This document shows positions 1 to 13,579 of a stretch of DNA of 64,000 nucleotides, piece after piece (within the stretch, counting starts at the first letter, position 1; each line of letters opens with the position of its first letter). Below the pieces are notes generated by a model, which was given only the letters and a program-made list of their open reading frames with translations, did no database searches and was not told the DNA's origin. The position numbers and the translations under genes are program-made. Source of the DNA: Mytilus trossulus (taxonomy: Eukaryota); contig NC_086377.1 in assembly GCF_036588685.1 (NCBI RefSeq), positions 13,702,001-13,766,000 on the forward strand, given 5' to 3'.

Positions 1-2350
1 GATGAGCAGTACTATTGTCAGTATGATCTCATGATTGACAGTGCTATTATCAGTATGATCTCATGATGAGCAGTACTATGGTCAGTATGATCTCATGATG
101 GGCAGTACTATTGTCAGTATGATCTCATGATGGGCAGTACAATTATCAGTATGATCTCATGCTGGGCCATACAATTATAAGTATGATCTCATGATGGGCA
201 GTTCTATTGTCAGTATGATCTCATGATGGGCAGTACTATTGCCAGTATGATCTCATGATGGGCAGTACAATTATCAGTATGATATCATGCTGGGCCATAC
301 AACTATCAGTATGATTTCATGATGGGCAGTACAATTATCAGTATGATCTCATGATGGGCAGTTCTATTGTCAGTATGATCTCATGATGGGCAGTACTATT
401 ATCAGTATGATCTCATGCGGGGCAATACTATTATCAGTATGATCGCATACTGGGTAGTTCTATTGTTAGTTTGATCTCATGATTGGCAGTACTATTATAA
501 GTGTTTCATGTTGTGTAGTGCTATTATCAGTATGATCTTGTGCTGTGGATGGTTACATTGTTTATTTGATCTCCTGCTCTGCAGCACAATTGTCATTATT
601 ATTTTTGGTTGTTTATAAAAGAAAACCATTATAGGTCAATGTACGGCCTTCAACACGGAGCCATTGCTAACAACGAACAACAAGCTATAAAGGGTCCCAA
701 AATTACTGGTGTAAAATCATTCAAACGGGAAACCCAACGGTCTAATCTATATGAAAAAAACATAATCGAGAAACCCGTATAAATAAAATAAACAAACGAC
801 AACTACTGTACATCAGATTCCGGACTTAGAACAGGTGCAAACATTTGCAGCGGGATTAAACGTTGTAAGTATGATCTCATGCTGGACTGTACTATTGTCA
901 GTATGATCTCTTGCTGGACTGTACTATTGTCATTATGATCTCTTGCTGGACTGTACTATTGTCATTATGATCTCATGCTGGACAGTACTATTGTCAGTAT
1001 GATCTCATGCTGGACTGTACTATTGTCAGTATTATCTCATGCTGGACTGTACTATTGTCATTATGATCTCATGCTGGACAGTACTATTGTCAGTATGATC
1101 TCTTGCTGGACTGTACTATTGTCATTATGATCTCTTGCTGGACTGTACTATTGTCATAATGATCTCATGCTGGACTGTACTATTGTCAGTATGATCTCTT
1201 GCTGGACTGTACTATTGTCAGTATGATCTCTTGCTGGACTGTAATATTGTCAGTATGATCTCTTGCTGGACTGTACTATTGTCAGTATGATCTCTTGCTG
1301 GACTGTACTATTGTCATTATGATCTCTTGCTTGACTGTACTATTGTCAGTATGATCTCTTGCTGAACTGTACTATTGTCATTATGATCTCTTGCTGTACA
1401 GTACTATTGCCACTGTGATTTCTTGCTGGGCTGTACTATTGTCAGTATGATCTCATGCTGAACTGTACTATTGTCAGTATGATCTCATGCTGGACTGTTA
1501 AATTGTCAGTATAATCTCATGCTGGACAGTACTATTGTCGTTATGATCTCATGCTGGACTGTACTTTTGCCAGAATGATATCCTGCTGGACAGTACTATT
1601 GCCAGTATGATTTCATGCTGGACAATACTATTGCCAGTATGATCTCATGCAGGAGTGTACTATTGCCAGTATCTCATGCTGGACTGTACTATTGTCAGTA
1701 TGATCTCATGCTGGACTGTACTATTGTCAGTATGATCTCATGCTGGACTGTACTTTTTCAGTATGATCTTATGCTGGATTGAACTATTGTTAGTATGATC
1801 TCATTCTGGAGTGCACTTTTGCCAGTATGATCTCATCTGGCTTGAACTATTGTCAGTATGAACTCATGCTGGACTGTTCTATTGTCAGTAGAATTTTATG
1901 CTGGGCAGTGCTTTAGTCAGTATGATCTATTGCTGAGTGGTTCTATTTTTATTTTGATCTCATGCTTATTATCATTTCTGGTTGAGCAGCTCTATTGTCA
2001 GTATGATTGCATGCTGTGTCGTACTATTATCAGTATGATCGTGTGCTATGGATGGTTCTATTGTTAGTTTGATCTCATTCTATGCTGTACTTTTGTCAAT
2101 ATGATCTCATACTGGTTACATGTAGTTCTGTTGTTAGAATGATCTCATGCTGGACAGTACTATTGTCCCTATGTTCTCTTGCTAGGGAGTTCAATTGTCA
2201 ATATGATCTCATCCTAGGCAGTTCTATTGTCTTTTTGATATCATGCTCTGCTGTAGTGTCGTTAGTATGATATCATGCTAGTTTGTACTTTGGTAGTATG
2301 ATCTCATGCAGTGCGGTGTCTTCACCAGTATCGCACTATGAACTCATGCT
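1..2350. repeat. 32-bp tandem satellite (consensus gtatgatctcatgctggactgtactattgtca) in intron 1 of lectin gene A
   Basis: Clear 32-nt periodicity. The left block has the variant gatgggcagtac and the right block gctggactgtac. An interspersed repeat at ~600-868 interrupts it, and it degenerates toward 2350. Confidence 0.95.
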
Positions 2351-2455
2351 AGGCCTCCTACAGTGTTTCTACCGTCTGGATTTAATATTTACGAGGAAAA
2401 TGAAAGAAGCCAATGAAAAGATATGTTATTTGCAGTATTCATCCCATTATTTCAG

Positions 2456-5400
2456 TATGTGAAGCAGGACAGAGTTGTCTGTCATGTACCGGAATTCAAA
2501 ATCGATCCAATTGTCAACACGTAGAAAATTGTACAAACGATGAGGTATGGATAATAATATGATAATGTGTAATGAACAAATGATATGTCCATGACGATAG
2601 GGTATGGATGATATATCAATGACGATAGGGTATGGATGGTATACCAATGACGATAGGGTATGGATGATATATCAATGACGATAGGGTATGAATAATAACA
2701 TGATAATGTGTTATGAATGAATGATATGTCCATGACGAAGGGTATGGATGATATATCAATGACGATCGGATATGGATGATATATCAATGACGATCGGATA
2801 TGGATGATGTATCAATGACGATAGGGTATGGATGATATATCAATGACGATAGGGTATGAATAATAATATGATAATGTGTAATGAATAAATGATATGTCCA
2901 TGGCGATAGGGTATGGATGATGTATATCAATGACGACAGGGTATGGATGATATATATCTATGACGACGAGATATGGACGATACTGAAATGCGATGTGAAA
3001 TTATGTCTTTAGTACTGGACAGAATAAAACTTTACATATGCAAAGTAATTCTTTATTTAAAACAAAGATAAATTCTGCACATTTTCTTTTAAAAGTGCAA
3101 AGGAGTAAGGCCGATTTTGGCGTCAAATTTCAAGTTCATCAAACGAAAGTTTTTGGACACTTTTTAAAAACTAAAGTGTCTATATCAATTGATGTGATTA
3201 GTTTATTAATGTGAAAGATCTTAACTGATTTAGTCATTAAAAACGCTCTGATTTGAGCTTAAATATGAAAAATCTATCAAATATGTCAAAACACGTCACT
3301 TTTCGGATGGTTTTGTGTCAAAAATGAAAGTGGCCGCATCTGTGTTCATCCTCAACCTTTATATACATTTTGTATTATCATCAATTACAACTTACATTTC
3401 AATATTATGAATCAACACGAGTGCGGCCACTTTCATTTTAGACGGAAACCGTCTAAAAATTAACCAAAATGCTGATTTCAGTAATTTAGCATGACCTAAT
3501 GATGCTAGTACGCGATGTTTGGGCATTGTATTGTAAAAAAACCCAGCTGATATTTATGTAGCAGAAGCATTTGAATTTCCCAAATATAGCTTTTAGATTA
3601 CATTTTCACAGTTTTCTAAAACTGCTATATTTTCGGGCCAAAAGGGGTCTTTCTGAACCTTCTCCTTTAACAAGGACTCATAGGGAAAAATCAATGGTGG
3701 CATTACACCTGGATGGAGACAGAAGTTCTATTTAATCTCAAAATAATTTACAACTTACAAAATCAGATGGTATGAATCTATTTGTATTTAATTGAGAAAT
3801 TGTATTAGTAGTATAAAAAAGGTTTAAAAAATGAATCACTGTACATGAACTTTGAATTGTCTAGTGATAGAGATTAATGTAAAAATTCCAAACAAGTCAA
3901 CTATGGTATTTTCCCCCTATATGTAATAGAGAAATCCATCTATATCGTTCAATTTTAACTGGATGTCAATATGAAATTAAAGACATGTGGTTTGATTGCC
4001 AATGAGACAAATATCCACCTGTGTTCAAATGAAGTACAAATATTGGTACAAGCAATTATAAGTTTTCAAAAATGAGAAAATACCGGAAAGTCGGCTTTTT
4101 CTTGTTTTATTTCAGGTATGTTTTGTACAGAAGCACACCACAGATTCGGGTTCACTTTTGTATGATTTAGGATGTGCATATGAGCAGGTATTTACAATAT
4201 ATACTATAATGATACAAATTCCATTGTCAACTAAGCATTTAATATGGAAAATTTCTTAAATTGTCGTTCACTTATTGTTTTTGCAAATAGTACACACCTT
4301 GAACTGGTTAAGCTGGATGTAACTATTGAAAAATATTATATGAAACATATATACAAACTTTCAGTGATACTGAACATTTAAATTAAATTGCATTTATTGA
4401 TGAATAGAACGAACTCAAAACGCATTGACGCATATGAATAGTATATAATATTTATCAAAGGTACCAGGATTATAATTTAGAACGCCAGACGCGCGTTTCG
4501 TCTACATAAGACGCATCAGTGACGCTCATATCAAAATATTTATAAAGCCTAACAAGTACAAATTTGAAGAGCATTGAGGATCCAAAATTCTAAAAAGTTG
4601 TGCCAAATACGGCTAAGGTAATATATGCCTGGGATAAGAAAATCCTTAGTTTTTTTTCTCGAAAAATTCAATGTTTTGTAAGCAGGAAATTTATAAAAAT
4701 GACCACATTATTGATATTCATGTCAACACCGAAGTGTTGACTACTGGGCTGGTGATACCTTCGGGGACGGAACGTCTACCAGCAGTGGCATCGACCAAGT
4801 GGTGTAAATAGTTATCAAAGGTACCAGGATTATAATTTAGTACGCCAGACGCGCGTTTCGTCTACATAAGAGTCATCAGTGAGGCTCATATCAAAATATT
4901 TATAAAACCAAACAAGTACAAAGTTGAAGAGCATTGAGGATCAAAATTCTAAAAAGTTGTGCCAAATACGGCTAAGGTAATCTATGCCTGGGATAAGAAT
5001 TTTTAATCCTTAGTTTTTTTTCGAAAAATTCAATGTTTTGTAAGCAGGAAATTTATAAAAATGACCACATTATTGATATTCATGTCAACACCGAAGTGTT
5101 GACTACTGGGCTGGTGATACCCTCGGGAGACGAAACGTCCACCAGCAGTGGCATCGACACAGTGGTGTAAATAGTTATCAAAGGTACCAGGATTATAATT
5201 TTTCAGAAATATTTTTTTTTAATATTCAGATGTATTTTTAAATAAATCCAAGTTTCACCAAACAATTACGTATATTTTACCTTCACGCATTTGGTTACGA
5301 ACTTCAGATTATTATCGTAATTATCTTAACCCGTGTTTTTATCAATCCGTGTTATTTTAGTTTTGTAGGTACAATATCGGTGGGACATTTGGTCGTCGAA

Positions 5401-8400
5401 ATGATGCTCATCGTATTTTGTGTACATCATGTTGTAACAAAACAAGAACTTGTAATACTGATTTGAAATGCGAACACGATTATGTTAAAGGTAACTTTTT
5501 AAACTTAGACTCAAAAATCAACTAATCAAAGTACAGGCTTTGCGGTATTAAAACGTTCGAGTACCACATTGACGACTATCGTACTCAGATTCAAAAATGA
5601 ACCAATAACAAAAGCAGATTTGGTCTTCGAGTTCAACTTTTGTAATCCAAATATTGTGTATTGTTTTATTTTATTTATGTATTACCGAAAACCAATGCAT
5701 GTTTCATTCTTGGAAATATTCGTTTCGTCTACAAAAGTCTCATCAGTGACGCTCGAATCAGACACATTTTAAAAGAAAAAATAAAGTACGAAGTTGAAGA
5801 GCATTAAGTACCAAAAATTCCTTAAAGTTTTGCCAAATACAGCTAAGGTAATCTATTTGTGAGGCAGAAAAGCCTTAGTTTAACAAAAAATCAAATTTTG
5901 TTAACAGTTAGTTAAATATAGATTCTTACACTGCAACAAGTGTATTACGAAATTTCTACACTCTAGACAGTTGAATATTATTATTTAAAGCGCGAGGTAT
6001 GCCGAGCTTTTTAAGTACTTCAAATTTAACTGTTGAGAGGAGAAATATCGTAATACACAAGTTACAGTGATGGAATCTGTTTCTCTAATGATTTTTATCC
6101 TCCCTTTTCAATGATTTTGGAAAGTTGTGTATTGTTTGATGTGACGTCATCAGGCATGTCGCCTTTTTCATGACGTCACGATAAGAAAAGTCAGAAGGAA
6201 ACAAGAAAATTTATCGTCACAATTAAAGTTCAACCAATCATTTGCCGAGAACAGATTTTTCCCTAGTGAGGAGAAATATTTTTCTCACACCGGTCTGGAA
6301 ATGTGAAATTAGCACAAAAAATAGAAAATGTATAATTATGAACTAATCAATGATAACTCATGTCAACACAGAAGTGCGGACTAATGGGCTGGTGATACTC
6401 TCGGGGAAATAAATCTCCACCAGCAGTGGCATCGACCCAGTGGTTGTTAAGAAACTCATCATAGATTCCAGGATTGAAATTTTATATTTACGCAAGATGC
6501 GCGTTTCGTCTACAGGCCGGAGACTCATCAGTGACAAATCAAACAATGTTAAAATGTTAAACGGTAGAAATATCGCAATCCACAAAAGATATAATAAGAT
6601 CTTATAAAATAAAAAAAAAAAACTTGGGGTATTAACACACGAAGACGTGCCACTGAAAGATATGCATGATTAGAATCCGTTGCGTTTTTTTGTCTCTTGG
6701 ATAGGAGAAGTGGAAATATAAAGATTCTTCTGGTGGGAATAAATCGTTCAATAATTATCTTTGTTTTGATTTTTTTGTTTGACATACATACGATAAAGAT
6801 CTAATGCTTGTACTTTAATATCAAATTATTCATAGAATACAATCTCAAGCTTTATATTTATTCACATGAGAACTGTCGGTTGAATTTTGAGTTATTATAA
6901 TATAAATTTCTACCGCTTTAAACAGGTTTACCAAGAGAATGTTCTGATATACCAGGACATCATCCAGATGGTGTGTATAAGATATACCCTGATGGAATAT
7001 CAGCAGTTTCTGTATATTGTGATATGCATACCGAAAACGGAAAATGGACGGTAAATTAACATTCTATTTTATTATATAATATTGATGGGCTTAAGTTGAG
7101 ACGAATAACATAATATACATACATGAAATGGTATAAGTCCTGTATAACCTCGTGTTATCCGATAGAGAATGTAAAACATTAAGTTGTCACATGTGTATGA
7201 TCGTGTATTTTATGTAGAAATATCACAATCAACATAAGATACAATATGAACATATATATCAGGCCTCAGACAGGTAATATAATGTGGCATATACCATATA
7301 TGAAACATGAATTACACATATACAACGGAACTATCCCTGTCTAATGCATTTGTAGAACCAGGTATTTTCTAAACGTACACACAATGCAGTATATATATGT
7401 AGTGAAATAAAGCACAAAGCACAGCCTAGGCAGTAAGCTAATGCCGAAACACTAAAACATTAACACACGACTACATGCGGTGCTGTTGGTTGTACATGCT
7501 GGGATTGCCTTTCATACCGCTGTAAGCAGCTGGGTATGCACATTCTGCAGGATAATATGAACGGACAGACGTGCTAGGACTTAATGCTTAGCAACATTGT
7601 AGTCCCTCATTTTGACAACATCCACTTGAGTCAATAACCTTGTACATGCAGGACGACAACGCTAGACAAGAAAGGACAAGGATCGTAGCCGAGTACAAAG
7701 AGCAAGAAGCCTTTGGCTTGCCATGTCTTCAAACGGCACCCAATTGGATATGACTGGGACGCCATTTTTAGCCATGGCGTTATCAGTTTATTTTCGATTT
7801 ATGAGTTTGACTGTCCCTCTTGTATCTTTCGCCCCTCTTTTAATGATATTGAGTGATTGGGTGATTTTTTTGTAATTGGTGTAATAAAATAAATTATAGT
7901 AAACCTTAATTTCGTTCCTGGTATGTGTAATAAGCACTATTTCTATGAAAGCAAAATTATAATGTATAAAACCTGCATACGTGACCAAACTTATGTGTTT
8001 ATGGTATATGTTAGCAAAATTGTTACATGATTGTTTAGTCTTTTTCAAGGAATGACTGATTTTTGAATTGAGAAATTTCAATGCAATAAAAATAGGGTTT
8101 AAAAATGCTTAACTTTTGTCCGCGATTTTATCAATGTAACACCAGTATCGTGCGACATTTTTCTGAAGTATATTGCCAGTATTTTAGCAAATATTTGACT
8201 GTCGAATTTTAGAGCCGATATTTCTTTTGATAAATGGTAAATACATTGTAACTCATATGTCAAAAATATGTTCCATTGCTTTTCATTACGGGTTCATGTT
8301 AAACATAAATCAATTATTTACTATTGCAGAGGCGGATTTCAGGGTGGATTAAAAGGGGATCCACCCCCTTATGATTCATTTATGTATTGATATTGTGTTT

Positions 8401-11400
8401 CAACATCCTGATCCACACCCGAATTGTGCCTATCTTGACACTGGTTTATATTGAATTTCTTTAATAAATTGCAATTGACTGTGTGGTATACATTTTATAT
8501 ACTAGTAATCGCCAAATGATTCATGTTTAACTTCGTTAGGTAATACAAAGACGTTCCAATGGATCTGTGGACTTTGAACGGAATTGGGAGGCATACAAAG
8601 AGGGCTTCGGTAACCTAAACGGGGAATATTGGTTAGGTAGGTTATTATAATTTATAATTCTTTCTTTTATAAGACATTTTTTTCAAAATTTCTATTGTTC
8701 ATTTGATCACACTTGAAAGGATGTACGATGTTGACTGCTATATGTTTGACGTTTGTACCTAGTATGTCTCATTGTTTTGTTCGCTTTTTAATTGAATTTA
8801 ATGCGACTGTCATACAAGTGAGAGGAGAGGTTTAACTAGTTATAAAACCAGGTTAAGTCAACCATTTTCTACATAAGAAAATTTCTATACCATTGTCCCA
8901 TGTTATTAGAGAGTTAGGAACTAACATATATGTTTAATCCCACCACATGCTTTATGTGCATACTCCAAGTCAGAAGCCTGTGTCCAGTGCATGTTGTTGG
9001 TTTATGTCTGTCATCTTTGTTATTCGTAAACTATTATGATATAAATTAGACAGTTAATTTTCCTGTTTGATTGTTTCACATTTGATTTTCAAACTTAACG
9101 TTCTTGTTTTTTTATTCTATCGGATTGATGTATGCCTTAATTGCTTATATTTTTATCATTTGAACTGTAGAATGTTGCCTCATTGCGCATATCATATCTC
9201 CTTATTCTTGTTTATGTTTTTAATATGAAATTATTCATTCGTCCCAATACGTCTGTAAATGAGGAATCCAAAGTCCAAAATTTAAGAAAGAACGAAATGA
9301 CAACAACAACAAACAAAATCCTTGAAAGGAATAGAAACAAAGCCAAAAACAACATTACATGTAAATTGTCGAGAGAGCAAAACATACGCGAAATCATGAG
9401 TTTCGCATTCGACTGCGGCTGTCAGCTTTAGAGTCTATGGATGACTCACTTTGTTTATTCATGTTATTATTCAAAATATACATTTCTTCCCAGGGTGTTT
9501 TCTTTCGAATTTGAAGAATGTTCTGTAAAAGTTGTTTGCAATTGCATGATGAATTTTTTAAGGGTACCAATGTTTTAATTTTTTAACTCAATTTGATTGT
9601 GAACTTGAAAATAAAGTATATTAGTCAGTTCTAAACATTTATTTTCGTTTCACGTCAGATGCCACTATCACTAAAAAGGGTATCATCATCGTTCATTTCA
9701 AAATGTTCGAGTTTTTATTGATTAATACGAGGATGATAATTTACTCTATCATCAGGGTCAACGGGAGACATTTTTGTGAATGTGACCCTATCGTGCAGAC
9801 CATTCATCATTGATGAATTTCTACATTACGACCTGTTTCATATACTGTCAACAACAAAAAAACATAGTGCATTGCATTTGGATTTTTTTCCTTCTGTAAC
9901 ATTGTTATGTTCATGACTTTAAAGCTTAATTTTCAACTTAATAACACGTTCAGTAATAGAAATATAATGCATTAAATAACACACAGCAGCTTGAATGAAA
10001 TATATATTTATTACACTTTAAGCAAATTTAACTCTAATCAGGACTTTGTTATAACATAAACAAAATCCACAATCAAAAGTTTCCATTCAATTCATGTAAA
10101 AAGTAAAATCACAAAAATACTGAACTCAGAGGAAAATCAAGTAGGAAAGTCCATAATCACATGGCAAAATCAAATATCAAAACGCATCAAAAACGAATGT
10201 ACAAGAACTGTCATACTCCTGACTTGGTACAGGCATTTTCGAATGTAGAAAATTGTGGATTAAACCTGGTTCTATAGCGCTAACCCTTTCACTTTAATGA
10301 CAGTCTTAATATCGATAAAAGTCTGAAAAATGGATGATGCCTACAAATATCTTTAGTGAGCAACCATATTTTATCTGAGTCAGGTTTGTTTTGCACGAAG
10401 CGCGAGCATTTTCTTCTAACTTTTAGACGCAATCAATGAATCTTTTTTCTACAAAATTTTAGAACCCCCCTCTCCTTCCCCTGTGATGTTAAATGGCCGT
10501 TCCATTAACACTTACGCCTACATAATTACGAAACCAACGTTGCAAGCGACCTAATTTTCTATTACTTTGTTTCACCTTCGAGATTTTTGTGAAGCAATCA
10601 TTGAGATGAGCATTGGCACGGTACTTGTCTATCCCAAATTCATGTATTTGGTTTTCATGTTATATTTGTTATTCTCGTGGTGTTTTGTCTGGTGCTTGGT
10701 CCGTTTCTCTGTGTGTGTTACGTTTCGGTGTTATGTCGTTGTTTTCCTCTTATATTCAATGCGTTTTAGTTTGTTACCCCGATTTTGTTTTTTGTCCATG
10801 GATTTATGAGTTTTGAACAGCGGTATACTACTGTTGCCTTTATTTTTTGATCCATTTATTGTTTGATGTCAGATAAGGGCTATATCATCGAAGAGGCGTA
10901 TAATAAAGGCAATAGTAGTATATCGCTGATCGAAAGTCATAAATCGATTGAGAGAAACCAAATATGGGTTAATAACTAAAACTGAGCCAAACACGTCAAA
11001 TATAAGACGAAAATCTATATAGATTAGATGAAGTAAAAATGTGAAATAATAATTCATTTTTATAAACAATTAGGTTAGTTCAATTTGAATTAGTCAATAT
11101 AAGTCAGGAAACAACGCGGATGAAAATATTCACTTTAAAAGTGAATAATTCGACTTCATTGAATCCATAGTCATGTGTCCTCCAATTAGACCCTTTAACA
11201 AGTTACGCATGCAGTAGCCTTGTTCGGTTATTTTAAGAAAAAGACTGTCAAGATTGAAAGTGAAATTTGATTGACTGATTCCATCAACACAAACTCATTA
11301 TTATATAGGTAAACCCGATGATTAACCTATAAAAGAGGGGTGAAAGATACCAGAGACAGTCAAACTCATAGATCGAAGATAAACTGACAATGCCGTGGCT

Positions 11401-13206
11401 AAAAAAAAAATTACAAAGTTAATAGTACACAAGACCCAACATAGAAAACTAAAGACTCAGCAACATGAACCCCACCCACATGTGACACCCTTCGTGCTAC
11501 TCATGTTATTACAAACCCGGTCAACTGTCTAATTTAGTAGGTCACATTTGTAGTTATATATATCATCTGTGAAACGGATATTTCATAACGGTCAACCAAC
11601 TCGTGATAGCATCCGTAACATTTACAAAGGAATGAGTTTAATTTCACCATTAGAAACTTTTGGTTCAATAGCCTTCTTGTAAACCAACTCTCTATCAACA
11701 TGTTGAAGGAAATCATGGTAGAAAATACAGGCCCGAGAATATCATATCAATATGATATTAAATAAATCAGACCTAGAAAAAACAAATTGCATGAGTTCGT
11801 TATCTATCAATATCTGGAATTAATCTAGATTGAAATACACATGGAATGCAGATACATATTATCGAGCAGATGGTCGTAAATTGTTTATTTGAATTATTTT
11901 GTTAATTGGATAATCGTTTAAGTATGCTATGAATCAAATATCAAAACTTGAATCAATTCGGTTAGCATAATTATGAAAGCTTTTGTCCCTTTGAGAAATG
12001 TATATCTAAACTATCCGTTTTTTGTGATTATTCCATATACTATTGATATTTGGCAGGAAACGATGTCATTCACGAGATAACTATTCATACCCGCCATGAA
12101 TTAAGAATTGACATGCACGATTTCGAAGGTCACGCCAAATACGATAAATATGCAATGTTCATGGTTGGGGATGAGAAAGGTGAATATGAGATGACAGTTC
12201 TTGAGTACAGCGGTAATGCAGGTATATTTGTTATCAACTATTTAAATATAACTTATAATTGTATAAAAGAAAATGAATGAATTCAGGAAATAACATTATC
12301 AAACATTTCGTACTAATATGTACGGTTTTTGCATGACCAATAATAGCCGGAAGTCAATGTTGGTATCAGCCTACGATCTCCAATTTTGTTAACCCTGTGT
12401 GATTTTTTTTATTTATCAACTAGAAGCATTTACTGACAATAGCCAAACATTTAGTCCTACAAATAAACAGGGATATGACTTACTTAGTTCAATTTCATGC
12501 GGGGATTGAAAGAAATAACTTTAATTTTAAAGATAAACAAACAAAATAAGCGTGTAAAACATATAGTTTACAGACATCGAAAATATTTTGTGTTTAACAT
12601 ATATTAGGAAATAGAAATTCGATACAGAAAACATTAGAAAATACTGTTTATGAACTTTTGAATCAAGGAACTAGAAACAGAAAACCTGAATCGCTTGAAA
12701 ATAAGGATGTTGCATTTAGAGAATTCATTTTAACACACATCTTTTTGAAGAAAAATACAATCACCAATTTGCAAAAATTAATTTTCAAATTCATTATAAT
12801 AACTTATTAGCTAAGTTTGCTTGGTATCAGCGAACATGATCAACAGTTATTCTTTCCCAGAACCGCACTACGAAGTTATCTGGACACATTATTTTGTCAA
12901 ATAACATCTTATTATTCTACTAAAATCATTGAATTAATGAACGCAAATTAAATTTTAGGAGATTCGATGACATATCATAGTGGTAACCTGTTTTCAGCCT
13001 TTGATAGGGACAATGACAAAGATACCAGGAATTGTGCTACACTATATCATGGAGGCTGGTGGTACAAGCATTGTCATGATGCTAATTTGAATGGACGGTA
13101 TCTTTCGGGAACCTGTCCGTCTGGACAAGGCATTAATTGGCCAGCATGGCATGGCTTGGACTACTCACTTAAATCGGTGAAAATGATGATCAGAACACTA
13201 TATTAA
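2456..13206 (+). CDS. Gene A: secreted three-finger (Ly6/uPAR-like) + fibrinogen C-terminal domain (FReD) lectin; leader exon upstream of the window
   Basis: Exons 2456-2544, 4116-4187, 5361-5490, 6926-7050, 8540-8636, 12057-12221 and 12959-13206 all have AG/GT borders and compatible phases, giving one open frame: [10 protein letters not shown]...[12 protein letters not shown]...PRECSD...YCDM...WTVIQRR..GSVDF.RNW..YK.GFG...GEYWLGN...DRDND...GGWWY..CH.ANLNG...MMIR. AATAAA at 13355. Confidence 0.92.
2560..2985. repeat. 28-bp minisatellite (caatgacgatagggtatggatgatatat) directly after the 2544 splice donor
   Basis: About 14 degenerate to perfect 28-mers. Colinear with the 28-bp arrays in the same intron of gene B. 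Confidence 0.9.
3100..3670. mobile_element. Putative non-autonomous DNA transposon (Kolobok-like ends AGG...CCT-TTAA)
   Basis: Left end aaaggagtaagg and right end ccttctcctttaa form degenerate inverted termini; no ORF. Confidence 0.4.
4452..5201 (-). mobile_element. Retrozyme-like tandem repeat, ~2.1 units of 360-363 bp, each full unit with a type I hammerhead motif
   Basis: Unit starts (ttatcaaaggtaccaggattataattt) at 4452, 4812 and 5175. The minus strand near 4482-4525 and 4842-4885 reads stemI-CUGAUG(A/C)-stemII-GAAAC-GCGC-GUC-stemI'. Each copy carries a core or stem mutation. Confidence 0.85.
5721..6535 (-). mobile_element. Diverged retrozyme-like unit with two degenerate hammerhead motifs, interrupted by a palindromic element at ~5920-6330
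   Basis: gtttcgtctac...ctcatcagtgac occurs at 5722 and 6503. The rest of the unit (gaagagcatt, gctaaggtaatct, tgtcaacac, ctggtgatac...caccagcagtggcatcgacccagtgg) matches 4452-5201. Confidence 0.75.
5929..6069. repeat. Long imperfect palindrome (hairpin end of a non-autonomous element)
   Basis: cactgcaacaagtgtattacgaaatttct pairs with agaaatatcgtaatacacaagttacagtg around a central gcgcgaggtatgccgagc. Confidence 0.7.
7479..7760 (+). mobile_element. Decayed Tc1/mariner transposase fragment
   Basis: Translation across stops and frameshifts gives ...ILQDNMNGQ...IVVPHFDN...[18 protein letters not shown]...PIGYDWD, matching the Tc1 DDNARPH...NPIExxWD region. Confidence 0.75.
11330..11720 (-). mobile_element. 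Penelope-like retroelement 3' fragment
   Basis: The minus-strand peptide [39 protein letters not shown] resembles the C-terminal part of bivalve Penelope-like RT ORFs (recognised from memory). It ends in the common aaaagagggg.gaaagatacc repeat also seen at ~7765, 14280, 18485 and 29742. Confidence 0.6.
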
Positions 13207-13424
13207 AGATTGATATAATCATATTTTCTATTTCAATACATTCTTTTACAATGCTTATTTAATTGTTTATTGTGGTTCTCTAGATGTGTTTTTGTTATAT
13301 TGAGTCGTTTGATTATGCTGTTTCAAAGACGTATAATACTCATATTCGTTAATTAATAAATAAAAACCAATTATATTCGATGACACCAAAATCCAACATT
13401 TCCGACAACTACAAAAACTTGAAT

Positions 13425-13508
13425 ACAATTACATGCATACACGAACAATTACATGCATACACGAACAATTACATGCATACACGAACAATTACATGCATAC
13501 ACGAACAA
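13425..13508. repeat. 20-bp minisatellite x4 (acaattacatgcatacacga)
   Basis: Four perfect tandem copies. Confidence 0.95.
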
Positions 13509-13579
13509 GTGCACATCAAAAACTAAAACTAACAATAATGTTAACCATGATAAGTATGTTCATCACATCTTTAATCAGG

